Of a stretch of 64,000 nucleotides of DNA, positions 1-9,326 are shown piece by piece. How positions within the stretch are numbered: the first letter of the stretch is position 1; every line of letters begins with the position of its first letter. A program made the position numbers and the translations under genes. Location of the stretch: IMG/VR virus record IMGVR_UViG_3300035698_006641, positions 1 through 64,000 of that record; one strand, given 5' to 3'. Under the pieces are notes generated by a model that was not told the origin of the DNA, made no database searches, and was given only the letters and a program-made list of their open reading frames with translations. Source of the DNA: a virus.

Positions 1-525
1 CCAATTGCCATTAGTGACCGCATGTGCACGATAGCCATTAGTGACCACATGTGAACGATAGCCATTAGTGACCGCATGTGCCCAATCGCCATTAGTGACC
101 GCATGTGCACCAGTGCCATTAGTGACCGCATGTGCACCAGTGCCATTAGTGACCGCATGTACTCCCTCAGCAAAGGTTCTAGACTTTTTAGATGCTCTGC
201 ACTCCTCTGCAATTAAAGCAGATCCTTCTGCCATAATACCAGAAAACCCTATGTTACTGTTAACCTTAAGAGTTCTACAGGCTATTTTAGAATCAGCTTC
301 TATAAACTCACCCTCTACATCAACTTTGGCATATTTTCCTAATGGGTCTGCATAATACTTGAGTACATCAAAAGGGTTTATGCACGCATGGAGTCCATGT
401 GAACACACCTCCAATTCTCCATCTGATGCGCTAAATGTCTCATTTTCCGCATACTGCATACCCCTACACTGGAAATTTCTATCAAATCCCTTATAGGCTA
501 CTATTTCTTTTTTATTGTTTTTCAT
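1..525 (-). CDS. Phage protein with DUF7666-like N-domain followed by 9-aa tandem repeats (3' end truncated by window)
   Basis: Manual translation from ATG 525: MKNNKKEIVAYKGFDRNFQCRGMQY...EVCSHGLHACINPFDVLKYY...DSKIAC, then (xxAHAVTNG)n; open to position 1; missing from the ORF track. Confidence 0.85.
   Translation of the reverse strand, partial: MKNNKKEIVAYKGFDRNFQCRGMQYAENETFSASDGELEVCSHGLHACINPFDVLKYYADPLGKYAKVDVEGEFIEADSKIACRTLKVNSNIGFSGIMAEGSALIAEECRASKKSRTFAEGVHAVTNGTGAHAVTNGTGAHAVTNGDWAHAVTNGYRSHVVTNGYRAHAVTNGNW
7..160. repeat. 27-bp coding tandem repeat, about 6 units
   Basis: GCCATTAGTGACCGCATGTG core recurs with 27-bp period. Confidence 0.95.
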
Positions 526-546
526 TTGTGTATTTCCTTAGCTATT

Positions 547-1014
547 TTATTTAGTGCTATCCCACCTAGGTAACCTAATGATTAGTGCTTTACGGTCTAT
601 TATAAAGTCCGCTTCTGGTAAAAGTAGATTGGGCAGTAGTTTTTTCTTGAACAACATGGCGGACCTAATATGTAGAAGATAGGTTGATGATCCTCTAAAA
701 CATCCAGGGGAAATAAAAGATACTGAATCAGATCTAGCCCTATGTAGCCTAAGAGAGGCCCCTGTAGGCATGGCTTCTACTTCAAATGTAAACTTACCAC
801 GACCCGAATTCCATCCAAGCTTCTTAACTAACGCACCAGATACTGCAAACAAAAGAAATGACTCATGCATTTTACCTGTTACGTGCACCCTAGAATAAAC
901 TAGGACTTTACCCTTTTTTACCTTATGCGGTGATCCTGGAGGCAAAATTTTAATCCCACTAACGCATGATTCATATAAGCTCCATACATCACGTAGCTTG
1001 AAGTCTCTATACAT
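547..1014 (-). CDS. Hypothetical protein
   Basis: 155-aa ORF with AGGAG RBS. Confidence 0.7.
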   Translation of the reverse strand: MYRDFKLRDVWSLYESCVSGIKILPPGSPHKVKKGKVLVYSRVHVTGKMHESFLLFAVSGALVKKLGWNSGRGKFTFEVEAMPTGASLRLHRARSDSVSFISPGCFRGSSTYLLHIRSAMLFKKKLLPNLLLPEADFIIDRKALIIRLPRWDSTK

Positions 1015-1029
1015 TTTACTCCTATTTTC

Positions 1030-1058
1030 TACACAAGGGCCCCCAAGGCCCTTGTGTA
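1030..1058 (-). terminator. Hairpin, possible terminator or processing site
   Basis: 12-bp inverted repeat TACACAAGGGCC/GGCCCTTGTGTA just after the small ORF. Confidence 0.5.
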
Positions 1059-1065
1059 ACTTAAG

Positions 1066-1197
1066 CTAATCGTTGATGATGGTTACGTCCTCTTTGCCCA
1101 TCTCTTCCATCTTTGCTGCATAGTCCTCGCAGTACTGCTTGGTCATGGATGCAGTCTTGACTGTGTTTCCTGCTTTGTCTTTGTATGTTACTATCAT
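1066..1197 (-). CDS. Small hypothetical protein (43 aa)
   Basis: Manual translation MIVTYKDKAGNTVKTASMTKQYCEDYAAKMEEMGKEDVTIIND; TATAAT upstream at about 1217-1222. Confidence 0.6.
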   Translation of the reverse strand: MIVTYKDKAGNTVKTASMTKQYCEDYAAKMEEMGKEDVTIIND

Positions 1198-1375
1198 TTT
1201 ATTAGCCTTTCTTGTGTATTATACGGGTTCCCATCACCATCTCCCTAAGCTGAAGCCATAAGAACGCATAGATCTGAGGGTTTTATCAAACTCCTGTTCA
1301 GCCTCTTGTTTACGGTCTCGTTTGATCCTTTGGTTCCGATCATACTTCAACTGTCTACCATCTTTTTTACTCATG

Positions 1376-1702
1376 TCATTCCCCTTTCAAGATACTAAAA
1401 AACTCTTTAACCGCATTGTCAAATTTCCAGGACAACTCATAAAAGAGCAACCCGAGGCGTGTAGATACTGGCAGTCCTTTATCCCTCAACACACTAAGGC
1501 TGCTATTGTTCTGAATGATGTCGTTCTTCTCGGCATCTAGTAATCTCCGCTCCAAGGACTCCATATGATGCCCCACTATGTTATTCAGGGTTATACAGTC
1601 TAGTGGGAGAGCTGGAGTACCGTCAGGTACCGTAATACTGTAATCCGGCTGTACAAGCTTCTGTTGTACTGTATCAAAGGAGTATACTTTTTGGCTGTCC
1701 AT
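1376..1702 (-). CDS. Hypothetical protein
   Basis: 108-aa ORF, AGGAGG RBS. Confidence 0.7.
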   Translation of the reverse strand: MDSQKVYSFDTVQQKLVQPDYSITVPDGTPALPLDCITLNNIVGHHMESLERRLLDAEKNDIIQNNSSLSVLRDKGLPVSTRLGLLFYELSWKFDNAVKEFFSILKGE

Positions 1703-2185
1703 TAAAAACCTCCTAGTTTAATTTCGTTATTAGCTTCCCATGAGGACAATGCTATTTTGGATTTTTCAAACTCATTCACACGTTTACTATTGCTTTTAAT
1801 GCTCCTGTTGCGTATTCGTCTCTCCTTGTGATATTCAAACCGCATCGAGATACTGTTGACTATCAAATTTAGCATGGTTACCTCCTTGTTCAGTTTTCTT
1901 CTAGTATTACTAGACACCTATTAAATACCTCGTTGAGCTTGTTACACTCAGAGCGAGGTGTCATTTTTTTACGCGTTAGATAGGGAGCAGACGCATACAT
2001 AAGGTCCGACAGGGCCTTTCTGAGAGGATCCGCTTCTTCTATCTTGGTTGACTCAGTCATTTTAAGTACTACTCAACGTCCACGTTTACCGCTGTGCTTG
2101 GAGTTTATCTCATCACTTTGTGACTCAGCTACAGAATTGCAGTCAATTAGTACTAAGTATCTTTGTGCTTTTTTTGCCATAATTA

Positions 2186-2794
2186 TTATCCCTCTCCAGT
2201 TTGTCGATTCTTTCCCTTGCCTGTGTTGTCATGCTCAAATGTCTGCTTAAAGTACACTTTGGCCCCGTGATGATAAATAACAATTCCCTCCGGATTCATA
2301 AAGAACGGAGCAAACTGCGAACCTGTCTCTTTCAGATGACGCATCACACGATCAACTGTATCCGTTGTAAACAATCCCTCGTAAAGCACAGGGACCGATG
2401 TGAGCCCTATATCCACAAGATTCTCAGGAATCTCACTCTCTCCTGCCTCTCCAAACAAATGAGTATTAAACAGGGCAAACACTCTGTGATCCATTCCGTA
2501 TTTTCGTTGTATCTTTGCTCCGGCCCACTCACCGTAATGTCTGCCTTCCCCCAAGAACTCGAAAAGGTCTTGTTGGTTTTCATAGGCCCACTTAGCGAAC
2601 GCAGCATTATCGCAGCCTTTTTCTTTTCCTTCAGTGCCCTCTGGCCAAATCTCACGAGTTCGAGATCCAACCATCATTCTTCCAAATGCGTCAAACAACA
2701 GTTGAGCATTTGTCCCATCAACTTTTTCTGTAATGGTTACGTCTCTATTAAGACGTCCTATCTTTCCAAACTTTTCAAACTCCATCTCACTCAT
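2186..2794 (-). CDS. RNA ligase (Rnl2-like nucleotidyltransferase domain)
   Basis: Motif I TEKVDGTNA, YGEWAG, FALFN, VPVLYEG, PEGIVI. Confidence 0.85.
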   Translation of the reverse strand: MSEMEFEKFGKIGRLNRDVTITEKVDGTNAQLLFDAFGRMMVGSRTREIWPEGTEGKEKGCDNAAFAKWAYENQQDLFEFLGEGRHYGEWAGAKIQRKYGMDHRVFALFNTHLFGEAGESEIPENLVDIGLTSVPVLYEGLFTTDTVDRVMRHLKETGSQFAPFFMNPEGIVIYHHGAKVYFKQTFEHDNTGKGKNRQTGEG

Positions 2795-3254
2795 CTAACA
2801 TCTCCTTGTTTTCAAATGTGTTACCTACTACATAGACCGCGTATCCGAAGTCAATCATTGGTTTACCGTCTAGGTTTTTAAAAAACCAATCCGGCTTATG
2901 CTCTTTTAGATAAAAAGTACCGTGTCCATAAACTACCTCATATAACCCTTGTGGCTTCTGAGGTATCTCTTTAAACCTGATCAAGTCCCTTTCATAAATG
3001 GGTTTGCCAGTTAATGCGTCTTTGCTCCCGGATATCATACCTACGGAGAAGGGATACACCTCGGTAGAGACGTAATCAGGTACAAATAGATCATTGTCTA
3101 GGTAGATGATAACGTGGGCGAGTCGATCCTTGTCGGAGCTCCGTAAGGATACTCTTAGCTCTTTAGCATAGAATCCATACGCCCATTTTCCATTATCCAA
3201 CCGTTTACCTCTGTGGAGCCCCATTGACTCCCTTATCTCTTCTGACTCTTTCAT
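2787..3254 (-). CDS. YopX family protein
   Basis: RGKRLDNGKWAYG...IYERDLI...VVGNTFENKEML. Confidence 0.85.
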   Translation of the reverse strand: MKESEEIRESMGLHRGKRLDNGKWAYGFYAKELRVSLRSSDKDRLAHVIIYLDNDLFVPDYVSTEVYPFSVGMISGSKDALTGKPIYERDLIRFKEIPQKPQGLYEVVYGHGTFYLKEHKPDWFFKNLDGKPMIDFGYAVYVVGNTFENKEMLDE

Positions 3255-3505
3255 ATAACTCCGTTCTGTTGGTCACCTAACATTAATATTGCGTTAAGCT
3301 CTTTGCTATAGACACTTTCTAGCGACATGGAGTTAGCGAGTGAAGGTAACGGATAATTAAAACGTCCATCAGGGAGTATTCTATACCCGCAAGTAGTCCA
3401 CGTCCTTATTCCTGGAACTGTATAGGTTGAGTAACGAGGGCACGGTGCCAAATGGACCGTAGACAACGCATATAGCAACCATGCAATATTTTCTTTAAAC
3501 TTCAT
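3251..3505 (-). CDS. Hypothetical protein
   Basis: ORF translationally coupled to neighbours. Confidence 0.5.
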   Translation of the reverse strand: MKFKENIAWLLYALSTVHLAPCPRYSTYTVPGIRTWTTCGYRILPDGRFNYPLPSLANSMSLESVYSKELNAILMLGDQQNGVI

Positions 3506-3689
3506 TTAATTTTAACTCCTTTATTTTGATGATTGCTTCCTGCTTCTGCTCTACGGTTAGCCTGAACGCATTAGACTCATCAAAGGCTTCGTTTTCCTCT
3601 ATGATTATTCCAACGTACTTGTCATAGGTCGGCTCACTCATCCCCCGGATAAACCTGTCTAGGTCGTTGTCGTTGTCATAGGTAAACAA
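3495..3689 (-). CDS. Hypothetical protein
   Basis: TTG start with AGGAG RBS. Confidence 0.55.
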   Translation of the reverse strand: MFTYDNDNDLDRFIRGMSEPTYDKYVGIIIEENEAFDESNAFRLTVEQKQEAIIKIKELKLNEV

Positions 3690-3830
3690 GTCTCCTACGG
3701 GTTGTGGCTCTGGCTCTCCGTTGCTGCCTAGATATACATCGCAGAGAACGCCATTTATAACCGTTCACCCCTCGGCCTCGGCCATCTTGATTCTTGTTGC
3801 TTGTGTTACTTCAATTGGCCTCTTCATAGT

Positions 3831-4103
3831 TTAATTCTCCCATACTCCATGCGGTGCATTTAACTTACTGGACGCTTTAGCCATAGATTGAGCTGTTTCA
3901 TCTGTGATCCAGAATAACTGTTTAATAATCTGTCTGTTCTCCGTGTTTAGTTGTTTAATAACGAAAACATTAGATCCATCATCACGACGATAAGCGTCTA
4001 CTCGTTTGTTTTTTAGTTTAATCCTCAATCGTTTGTTGCCAATGTGACCCTCATGAATATCTAAGGATTCCTTTCTATATTCCCTGACTCTTTTCCAATT
4101 CAT
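3831..4103 (-). CDS. Hypothetical protein
   Basis: ATGA overlap with upstream gene, GGAGG RBS. Confidence 0.65.
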   Translation of the reverse strand: MNWKRVREYRKESLDIHEGHIGNKRLRIKLKNKRVDAYRRDDGSNVFVIKQLNTENRQIIKQLFWITDETAQSMAKASSKLNAPHGVWEN

Positions 4104-4435
4104 TCTGGCACCTCCACGTTGCTTGCTGATTTAAAAGCCGCTGAAGCCCACTCTTCGATCATGGTTTGTTTCGCAAGGTTCTCATGCCTTGCTCGCATTT
4201 TGGGCAATTCTTCTGCTGCATACTTAACCACCTCCAAGAGCTTCGGGAACTCTTTCAGGTAGTGTGTGATGAGAGCAGCATTTGCTTTATCCGTTTCATT
4301 GCACCCTCCTCCGCTGTTTTTAACGGTACCTATGTAATAGCCCCCGGAATAGAAGTCTACATGGTTCTTTAACTTAAACGGGCCTTCAATAGTGGCCCAT
4401 TCAGCGATTTCTTCTAGTTTCACTGTAGTTCCCAT
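4100..4435 (-). CDS. Hypothetical phage protein
   Basis: EGPF...ANAALI...PKLLEV pattern common in phage proteins; coupled start. Confidence 0.7.
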   Translation of the reverse strand: MGTTVKLEEIAEWATIEGPFKLKNHVDFYSGGYYIGTVKNSGGGCNETDKANAALITHYLKEFPKLLEVVKYAAEELPKMRARHENLAKQTMIEEWASAAFKSASNVEVPE

Positions 4436-4617
4436 TAGAGAGTCTCCACTTTTTCAATTAATACGTTGATCAGGTGTCCCTTTTCCAGATACCTTTTGCT
4501 CTCTTTCTCGTAGGCCTTTATTCCACTGGACCTAAACTCCTCCAATTCACCGTCAGCGCTAGCCAGTGCATCAGACCGCATAAGTTTAAGTAGCATCCGT
4601 ACTATTCTCTTTTTCAT
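4435..4617 (-). CDS. Hypothetical protein
   Basis: 60-aa ORF with GAGG RBS. Confidence 0.55.
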   Translation of the reverse strand: MKKRIVRMLLKLMRSDALASADGELEEFRSSGIKAYEKESKRYLEKGHLINVLIEKVETL

Positions 4618-4993
4618 GTAGTTTCCTCTCTAGTAATTTAGGGTTCTCATAGATATTTCCAATCACCACAAATGGTCCATCGATACCAACAGCAACACCT
4701 TCTCTGTCAAAGTAGAAGCCCTGGTGCGCATGAGCAACATGGTCCAGGTACCTACCAAAGCAAACGATACGGGATACGCCATCCCACCGCTTACAAATGT
4801 CCCCCACAAAGATCTTTTTATTTTCTCCATCGAGCAGACCAATAAACTGACTAAGTGTTGCTGGATCAATGGTTGTAAAGCGCCCAGGGTCATCTTCATG
4901 CTGAATACATAGACCCCAGGGCTTCATTACTGGTAGTCCGAAAACCCACCCGACCTTTTTCTCAGTAGCAAGTCCTCTAAACTCTGGTTTCAT
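4586..4993 (-). CDS. YopX family protein
   Basis: EFRG...GWVFG...LSQFIGLLD...IFVGDI...VIGNIYENPKLL. Confidence 0.9.
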   Translation of the reverse strand: MKPEFRGLATEKKVGWVFGLPVMKPWGLCIQHEDDPGRFTTIDPATLSQFIGLLDGENKKIFVGDICKRWDGVSRIVCFGRYLDHVAHAHQGFYFDREGVAVGIDGPFVVIGNIYENPKLLERKLHEKENSTDAT

Positions 4994-5034
4994 AAATAAT
5001 TCTCCTTAATTCTTCTCTTTTTGGCCTAAGTCCC

Positions 5035-5301
5035 TCAGGGGTTGGGGTTATTGGTGCTTGTATTTATACTGACAATCTTTGGTACCAGCTTGTTAATCTG
5101 CTCACCAATGAACGTACAGGTTAAAATAATAGCGACTATATGCCAGTATGGGATACAAATGAACACAGCCGGAATCCACGCAACTAGATAGTTACTGGCT
5201 ACACAGTTCCATGCTGGACAAAAGATTAAACTCGACACTATTGCGAACCCGAGGGTCCACAACATTTTGACTGCTGCTGCAATGTATTCTGTAAAAAACA
5301 T
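5035..5301 (-). CDS. Membrane protein
   Basis: Two hydrophobic segments. Confidence 0.65.
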   Translation of the reverse strand: MFFTEYIAAAVKMLWTLGFAIVSSLIFCPAWNCVASNYLVAWIPAVFICIPYWHIVAIILTCTFIGEQINKLVPKIVSINTSTNNPNP

Positions 5302-5313
5302 AATTCTTTTCCT

Positions 5314-5616
5314 CTATTTTATGAACGTTTCCCACGAGAGAATTACAGCATCTGCTGCATCATCTAGCGTAGGTTTACTACTTGGTCTGAAACGACACTC
5401 ATCGCTATACATTGGGGATATTCTAAACAATGGGTAATAATTATCATGGTCAATCATTCCATTGCTCGGGAATATAAATCCCTTAGCATTACCGTACTTA
5501 TATGCTAGTGAACAACCAGTATTCCTGAACGACACACCTTTGATTGTTACAGGTAACTGGCTTCTTAATTCATCTAGGAACCTAAACTTCCACTCTCGTA
5601 ATTCTTTTCCTGTCAT
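5314..5616 (-). CDS. Hypothetical protein
   Basis: ORF abutting upstream gene. Confidence 0.6.
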   Translation of the reverse strand: MTGKELREWKFRFLDELRSQLPVTIKGVSFRNTGCSLAYKYGNAKGFIFPSNGMIDHDNYYPLFRISPMYSDECRFRPSSKPTLDDAADAVILSWETFIK

Positions 5617-6105
5617 TTACTCGTTCCGAAGGAGTTTTTCAGCAATCTTACAGGCGTTAGCATATCTCTCTGGGTGAGGGAATATGAGAGCAGGAGGAGA
5701 AGCAAGAAATAACCCCTTGAGCGCATCATGCAGCTCATTGATCTCACCTTCCCGTTCTTCAAGAAGTTTATTGAGGTAGGTAGGGTTCTTCATACATCCA
5801 CCAATCGTGCATAGCCCGTGCTTCTCATGGTCGCAGTAAGTATATGGGCACGGTATAGTACTGTCCTCTACTCCCGGGTCTGTTACTTCTGGTAACTCCT
5901 CGGTCTCGGTAGCTTCAACTGGGGCTAATTGGCTAATAACGTTATCCAGGATCTTAGTGTACTCCTCCATGCACCGTATTCTCTCTCGACCTTCACGGAT
6001 AGCAATGTAGTCCTCAAGTGTGCGCAAGGACTCGTTACGGCCAATGTTGTACCATATGCCATTGAATGCCTGTAGTTTTTCGAATGTTAGTTCTGATTCT
6101 GTCAT
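5617..6105 (-). CDS. Hypothetical protein with Cys cluster
   Basis: CPYTYC...C...C motif; coupled ORF. Confidence 0.65.
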   Translation of the reverse strand: MTESELTFEKLQAFNGIWYNIGRNESLRTLEDYIAIREGRERIRCMEEYTKILDNVISQLAPVEATETEELPEVTDPGVEDSTIPCPYTYCDHEKHGLCTIGGCMKNPTYLNKLLEEREGEINELHDALKGLFLASPPALIFPHPERYANACKIAEKLLRNE

Positions 6106-6338
6106 TATTTGTTTCCTTTTCCTTTGATGCGATTACCTAAGTCTCTAGCGTACATTCCGTAGTTAACCCCTTGTTCGAGGCCTATGTGATTTATAAACCC
6201 CGCTAGTACCGCGTTGATCTGTTCCTGAGAAATCTCTTCCACTCCTGAAGTGTGGTCTTGTAAAATTGCTGCACGGGCCTGTTTGCTAAATGCTTCAGCC
6301 TGGTGCTCGATATAATGAAGTAGTTCAATCTTGGTCAT
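6105..6338 (-). CDS. Hypothetical protein
   Basis: AAGGAG RBS. Confidence 0.65.
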   Translation of the reverse strand: MTKIELLHYIEHQAEAFSKQARAAILQDHTSGVEEISQEQINAVLAGFINHIGLEQGVNYGMYARDLGNRIKGKGNK

Positions 6339-6374
6339 AGCTCTGTCTCCTTGATACTCTTGATTAATCGTGGG

Positions 6375-6700
6375 ATTTCTTTATGCACACGTTCTCGCGG
6401 TGTCCGTGTGGGGCTAATGTGCTTCTATTTTATTAGCCTATAGAGGGCAACCCATTGCCTTGGTGCCGATCTATCAAATTTATGATGTTGTAACTTACTG
6501 ATGCTTAAGTAGTTACATAATAAGTCCAGCTGTACAGCTCACCAATGAGTGACAGTATCCGGGCCTTATGTTCTATTAAACAGCCTCAGAACATCAGTTT
6601 GAGTAACAAGCACCCCATCAGGCATAACCATCCGGGATGCTTATAATTACTTTACTGCCAACTAGTTATATAATGCTGCTTGTTCAGATGGCAGTCTTGT
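6375..6700 (-). ncRNA. Candidate structured RNA (chain of hairpins)
   Basis: ORF-free gap containing ACTGCCA/TGGCAGT, AAGCATCCC/GGGGTGCTT, ATGTTCT/AGAACAT, TGTAACT/AGTTACA, GGCAA/TTGCC, GGCTAAT/ATTAGCC and CACACG/CGTGTG stems. Confidence 0.35.
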
Positions 6701-6710
6701 GATTGAACCC

Positions 6711-6908
6711 CTAGAACACATCTGTATCAGGCTCAACAAATTTTAGCTCCGCCAAACGCTTCTGCGCAATGGCCAAGTCCTGACTAGCCATCCTTACTTG
6801 AAGTACAGCATTCCGCACCTTATTAGTAAACTCTATCTTCGCTCGTTCAATGACTTCATCACGAACTACCTGCAATGCTTCTTCTTTTACTTTGTTTGCT
6901 TCTTCCAT
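6711..6908 (-). CDS. Hypothetical coiled-coil protein
   Basis: 65-aa ORF with RBS. Confidence 0.6.
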   Translation of the reverse strand: MEEANKVKEEALQVVRDEVIERAKIEFTNKVRNAVLQVRMASQDLAIAQKRLAELKFVEPDTDVF

Positions 6909-7201
6909 GATAATACTTCCCTTTTCTATTTTGTTTTCTTGAATGAGGCCTTAACAGCCTCTGCTATTTTTTCGGTCAATTCACTTGCCATCTTAATGAC
7001 TTCATCATCTAATGGGATCGACAAACCGTAGAGCTAGTTAAATTGCTGATTGGCAATCGTATTGCCATCCAACTCTACTGCGTAGTTGCCACAAATGATT
7101 GTCTAATCTTTATTATCCTCCTTACGTGTCTCTACTCTCCAATCACGAATTACCAGTTCTGTTTCCATCATACCGCAGAGTCCCATTATTGTTCGTTGAT
7201 C

Positions 7202-7474
7202 CTAAAACTCGCTAGCTATATACCTGCGTTCGTTACTGTGTCTAACTGAGACACTGAAGATGGACAACATTACAGGTTCAGTGACCTGTATCATTACCTC
7301 ACACTGAGTTACACTCTCATCAGGGTAATATCTATCTAATCCCCTTCCCTGTATCATTAGGTTGAGTTTCCTGTTGTTATTAACCAGAGCACCTCCACAG
7401 ATGTCACAGGTCTCTTTGGTTCCACAGTTTCTCCACCCACACTTGTCACACACTTTTTCCCATGACATATACAC
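7202..7474 (-). CDS. Zn-ribbon hypothetical protein
   Basis: CDKC...CDIC. Confidence 0.6.
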   Translation of the reverse strand: MYMSWEKVCDKCGWRNCGTKETCDICGGALVNNNRKLNLMIQGRGLDRYYPDESVTQCEVMIQVTEPVMLSIFSVSVRHSNERRYIASEF

Positions 7475-7478
7475 TCCC

Positions 7479-7793
7479 CTAGTCTTTAGGCTTAAAATAC
7501 AAATACCCAGACACTTCTATTCCCTCTTCAGTAAGCCATTGTCCGCATGATGACCAAAGGAACGCTGAGGCTTTGTGCCCTGTCTTTTTACTTCCTTCGC
7601 AAAATCTCCATCCATTCTCTGCCTTAAATAACCTAATTGCAATCTGCCCGTTAATGTAGGCGTCGTGGTGTTCTCGGTCTGTGTCTCTAACAGTCAACGC
7701 GTTTATTTCGCTCTTTTCTATGTCCTCAACAAATTTCTTTAGTTGATCTATGTTCTTTAAAGCTTCTTCTTTAGTCAAATTACCAATATTCAT
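7479..7793 (-). CDS. Hypothetical protein
   Basis: 104-aa ORF. Confidence 0.65.
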   Translation of the reverse strand: MNIGNLTKEEALKNIDQLKKFVEDIEKSEINALTVRDTDREHHDAYINGQIAIRLFKAENGWRFCEGSKKTGHKASAFLWSSCGQWLTEEGIEVSGYLYFKPKD

Positions 7794-8236
7794 TTAGTCT
7801 GTTCCTTTACTGTTAGTTGTATCATTCGAATTAACAACACTAGCTCTCTCTATAGCTAATGCAATTTTGTTCATCACAGGACCTTCATTATCTAGCCCCA
7901 GGGCTTCTCCTCTCGATTTGAGAATCTGTTCAGCATCTCTCAATGCTTTTAGTAGCTCAGAGTGCGTATTCAGGCAATGGACTGTATAGTCAGCGAAGGC
8001 ATCCTGTATAATCCCAGCATATTCCTCATCAAGTCCAAGTCCGCCCCCACGGCCTGTGAGGTGACCCCACCCACGCACAATTAAACTTTTTGCTCTCACA
8101 GTTAAGGACCACACATCTTCATGGGACCACACATCTGCATGGGACCAGATGATCGTATCGTTGGGTCACAGTAAAACGGGGCTCTATACCCACCTTTGTG
8201 AATCAAATCAATTACATCTTCAATTTTCTCGCTCAT
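7794..8236 (-). pseudogene. Frameshifted phage gene (RGWG-motif protein) with internal 18-bp tandem duplication
   Basis: Strong RBS+ATG at 8236 reads MSEKIEDV...PFYCDP; the continuation DTIIWSH...IVRGWGHLTG is in the -1 frame near 8165. Confidence 0.55.
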
Positions 8237-8498
8237 AAATAATTCTCCTTTATGGTTGTTATGTTGTTAATATCTAAAATTACACCATAAGATAGTTTTC
8301 CAGGTTACCGTGCTTCCTTGATTGCTAATTTTAGCCCTTTAATCCCACACGCGCACGTTAAGTTGTGCCACTTTACACATGTCCGCCACCGGTCATAAGC
8401 TTCTATGACCTTAGGGAGCTGTTCAACACAATGAGCTGAATCCATCTCCTTACACTCGGGTATCTCTTTTTTGTTAACTTCCACAATTCCACCTTTCC

Positions 8499-9326
8499 TT
8501 ATTGAACATCAAAACTGCTTTTAAATAATCTCATCTCATCATCGAGGATTAAGTATTTACTCATAATCTCTGGTGGATATAATGCCACGTCGTATTTATA
8601 CCCGCGCTCTAGCAGGAACTCATAGAACTTAGCCCCGAATGCAATATCTCCATTCTTCAACACAGAGCTAACCCAGTTATCAATGGCATCGTAGTCTAGT
8701 TCTCTATTGCTATCCGAAGCATTCCCCATTTTTATGAGAGGAAGTAGCACATGTGTTTCCACCTTTCCCTGCCATTCGTCATAGACTAGAGATACTTCTC
8801 TAACAGAACGTGCGTCAGAGATTATATGGTGAAGTGCCAGAGATACGGACGGACAGGCCTCAAGGAGGCTACTGACGGCACTTCTCCATGTTTCCAATAG
8901 GTGAGGATGGGTGCTTACTGCTACTCCTCCACAGTACCTCTCTGTAGCCTCTAACAGCTCATGTGAAATATGCATTCCATTCGTGGTATAATTCGGAACT
9001 ATGCCGAGCTCATGGAATGTTTTTAAGATCTCAGCAAACTGTGGATGGAGCGTAGGTTCTCCTCCTCCCCCGATAGCCACCTGAAACGGTCGTTGGTTCG
9101 CACTCATACTGCCGAAGTATCCTTCGATTTTCTTTGGGACGTCTTTATAGCACTCACCGTTCTTAATGGAGCTTGCATAGCAATTTGACACTAAAAAACC
9201 CTGACAGAAATAGTTGTGTATATCTCTAATGCCAAGGTTGTGCACGACACCCTTATAGGGCTCTTTAGTTATGTTTTGTATACTTACCGTCTTAAGGGAT
9301 CTACCTCCTTGTGACACTTCACGCAT
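8499..9326 (-). CDS. Radical SAM protein C-terminal part, preceded by C-intein segment
   Basis: VHNLGIRDIHNYFCQGFLVSN|CYASS intein blocks F/G, then FQVAIGGGGEPTLHP and YTTNG radical SAM motifs; own AAAGGAG RBS. Confidence 0.85.
   Translation of the reverse strand: MREVSQGGRSLKTVSIQNITKEPYKGVVHNLGIRDIHNYFCQGFLVSNCYASSIKNGECYKDVPKKIEGYFGSMSANQRPFQVAIGGGGEPTLHPQFAEILKTFHELGIVPNYTTNGMHISHELLEATERYCGGVAVSTHPHLLETWRSAVSSLLEACPSVSLALHHIISDARSVREVSLVYDEWQGKVETHVLLPLIKMGNASDSNRELDYDAIDNWVSSVLKNGDIAFGAKFYEFLLERGYKYDVALYPPEIMSKYLILDDEMRLFKSSFDVQ

Noticed and set aside
7-160. Possible CRISPR array
   Set aside because: 27-bp period with only about 7 variable nt; it is an in-frame coding repeat, not repeat-spacer architecture
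9284-9312. Programmed -1 frameshift joining the HNH to IntC (AAGGAGGT upstream of CCCTTA)
   Set aside because: No X XXY YYZ slippery heptamer in the required frame; independent initiation at ATG 9326 is simpler, though a frameshift is not excluded
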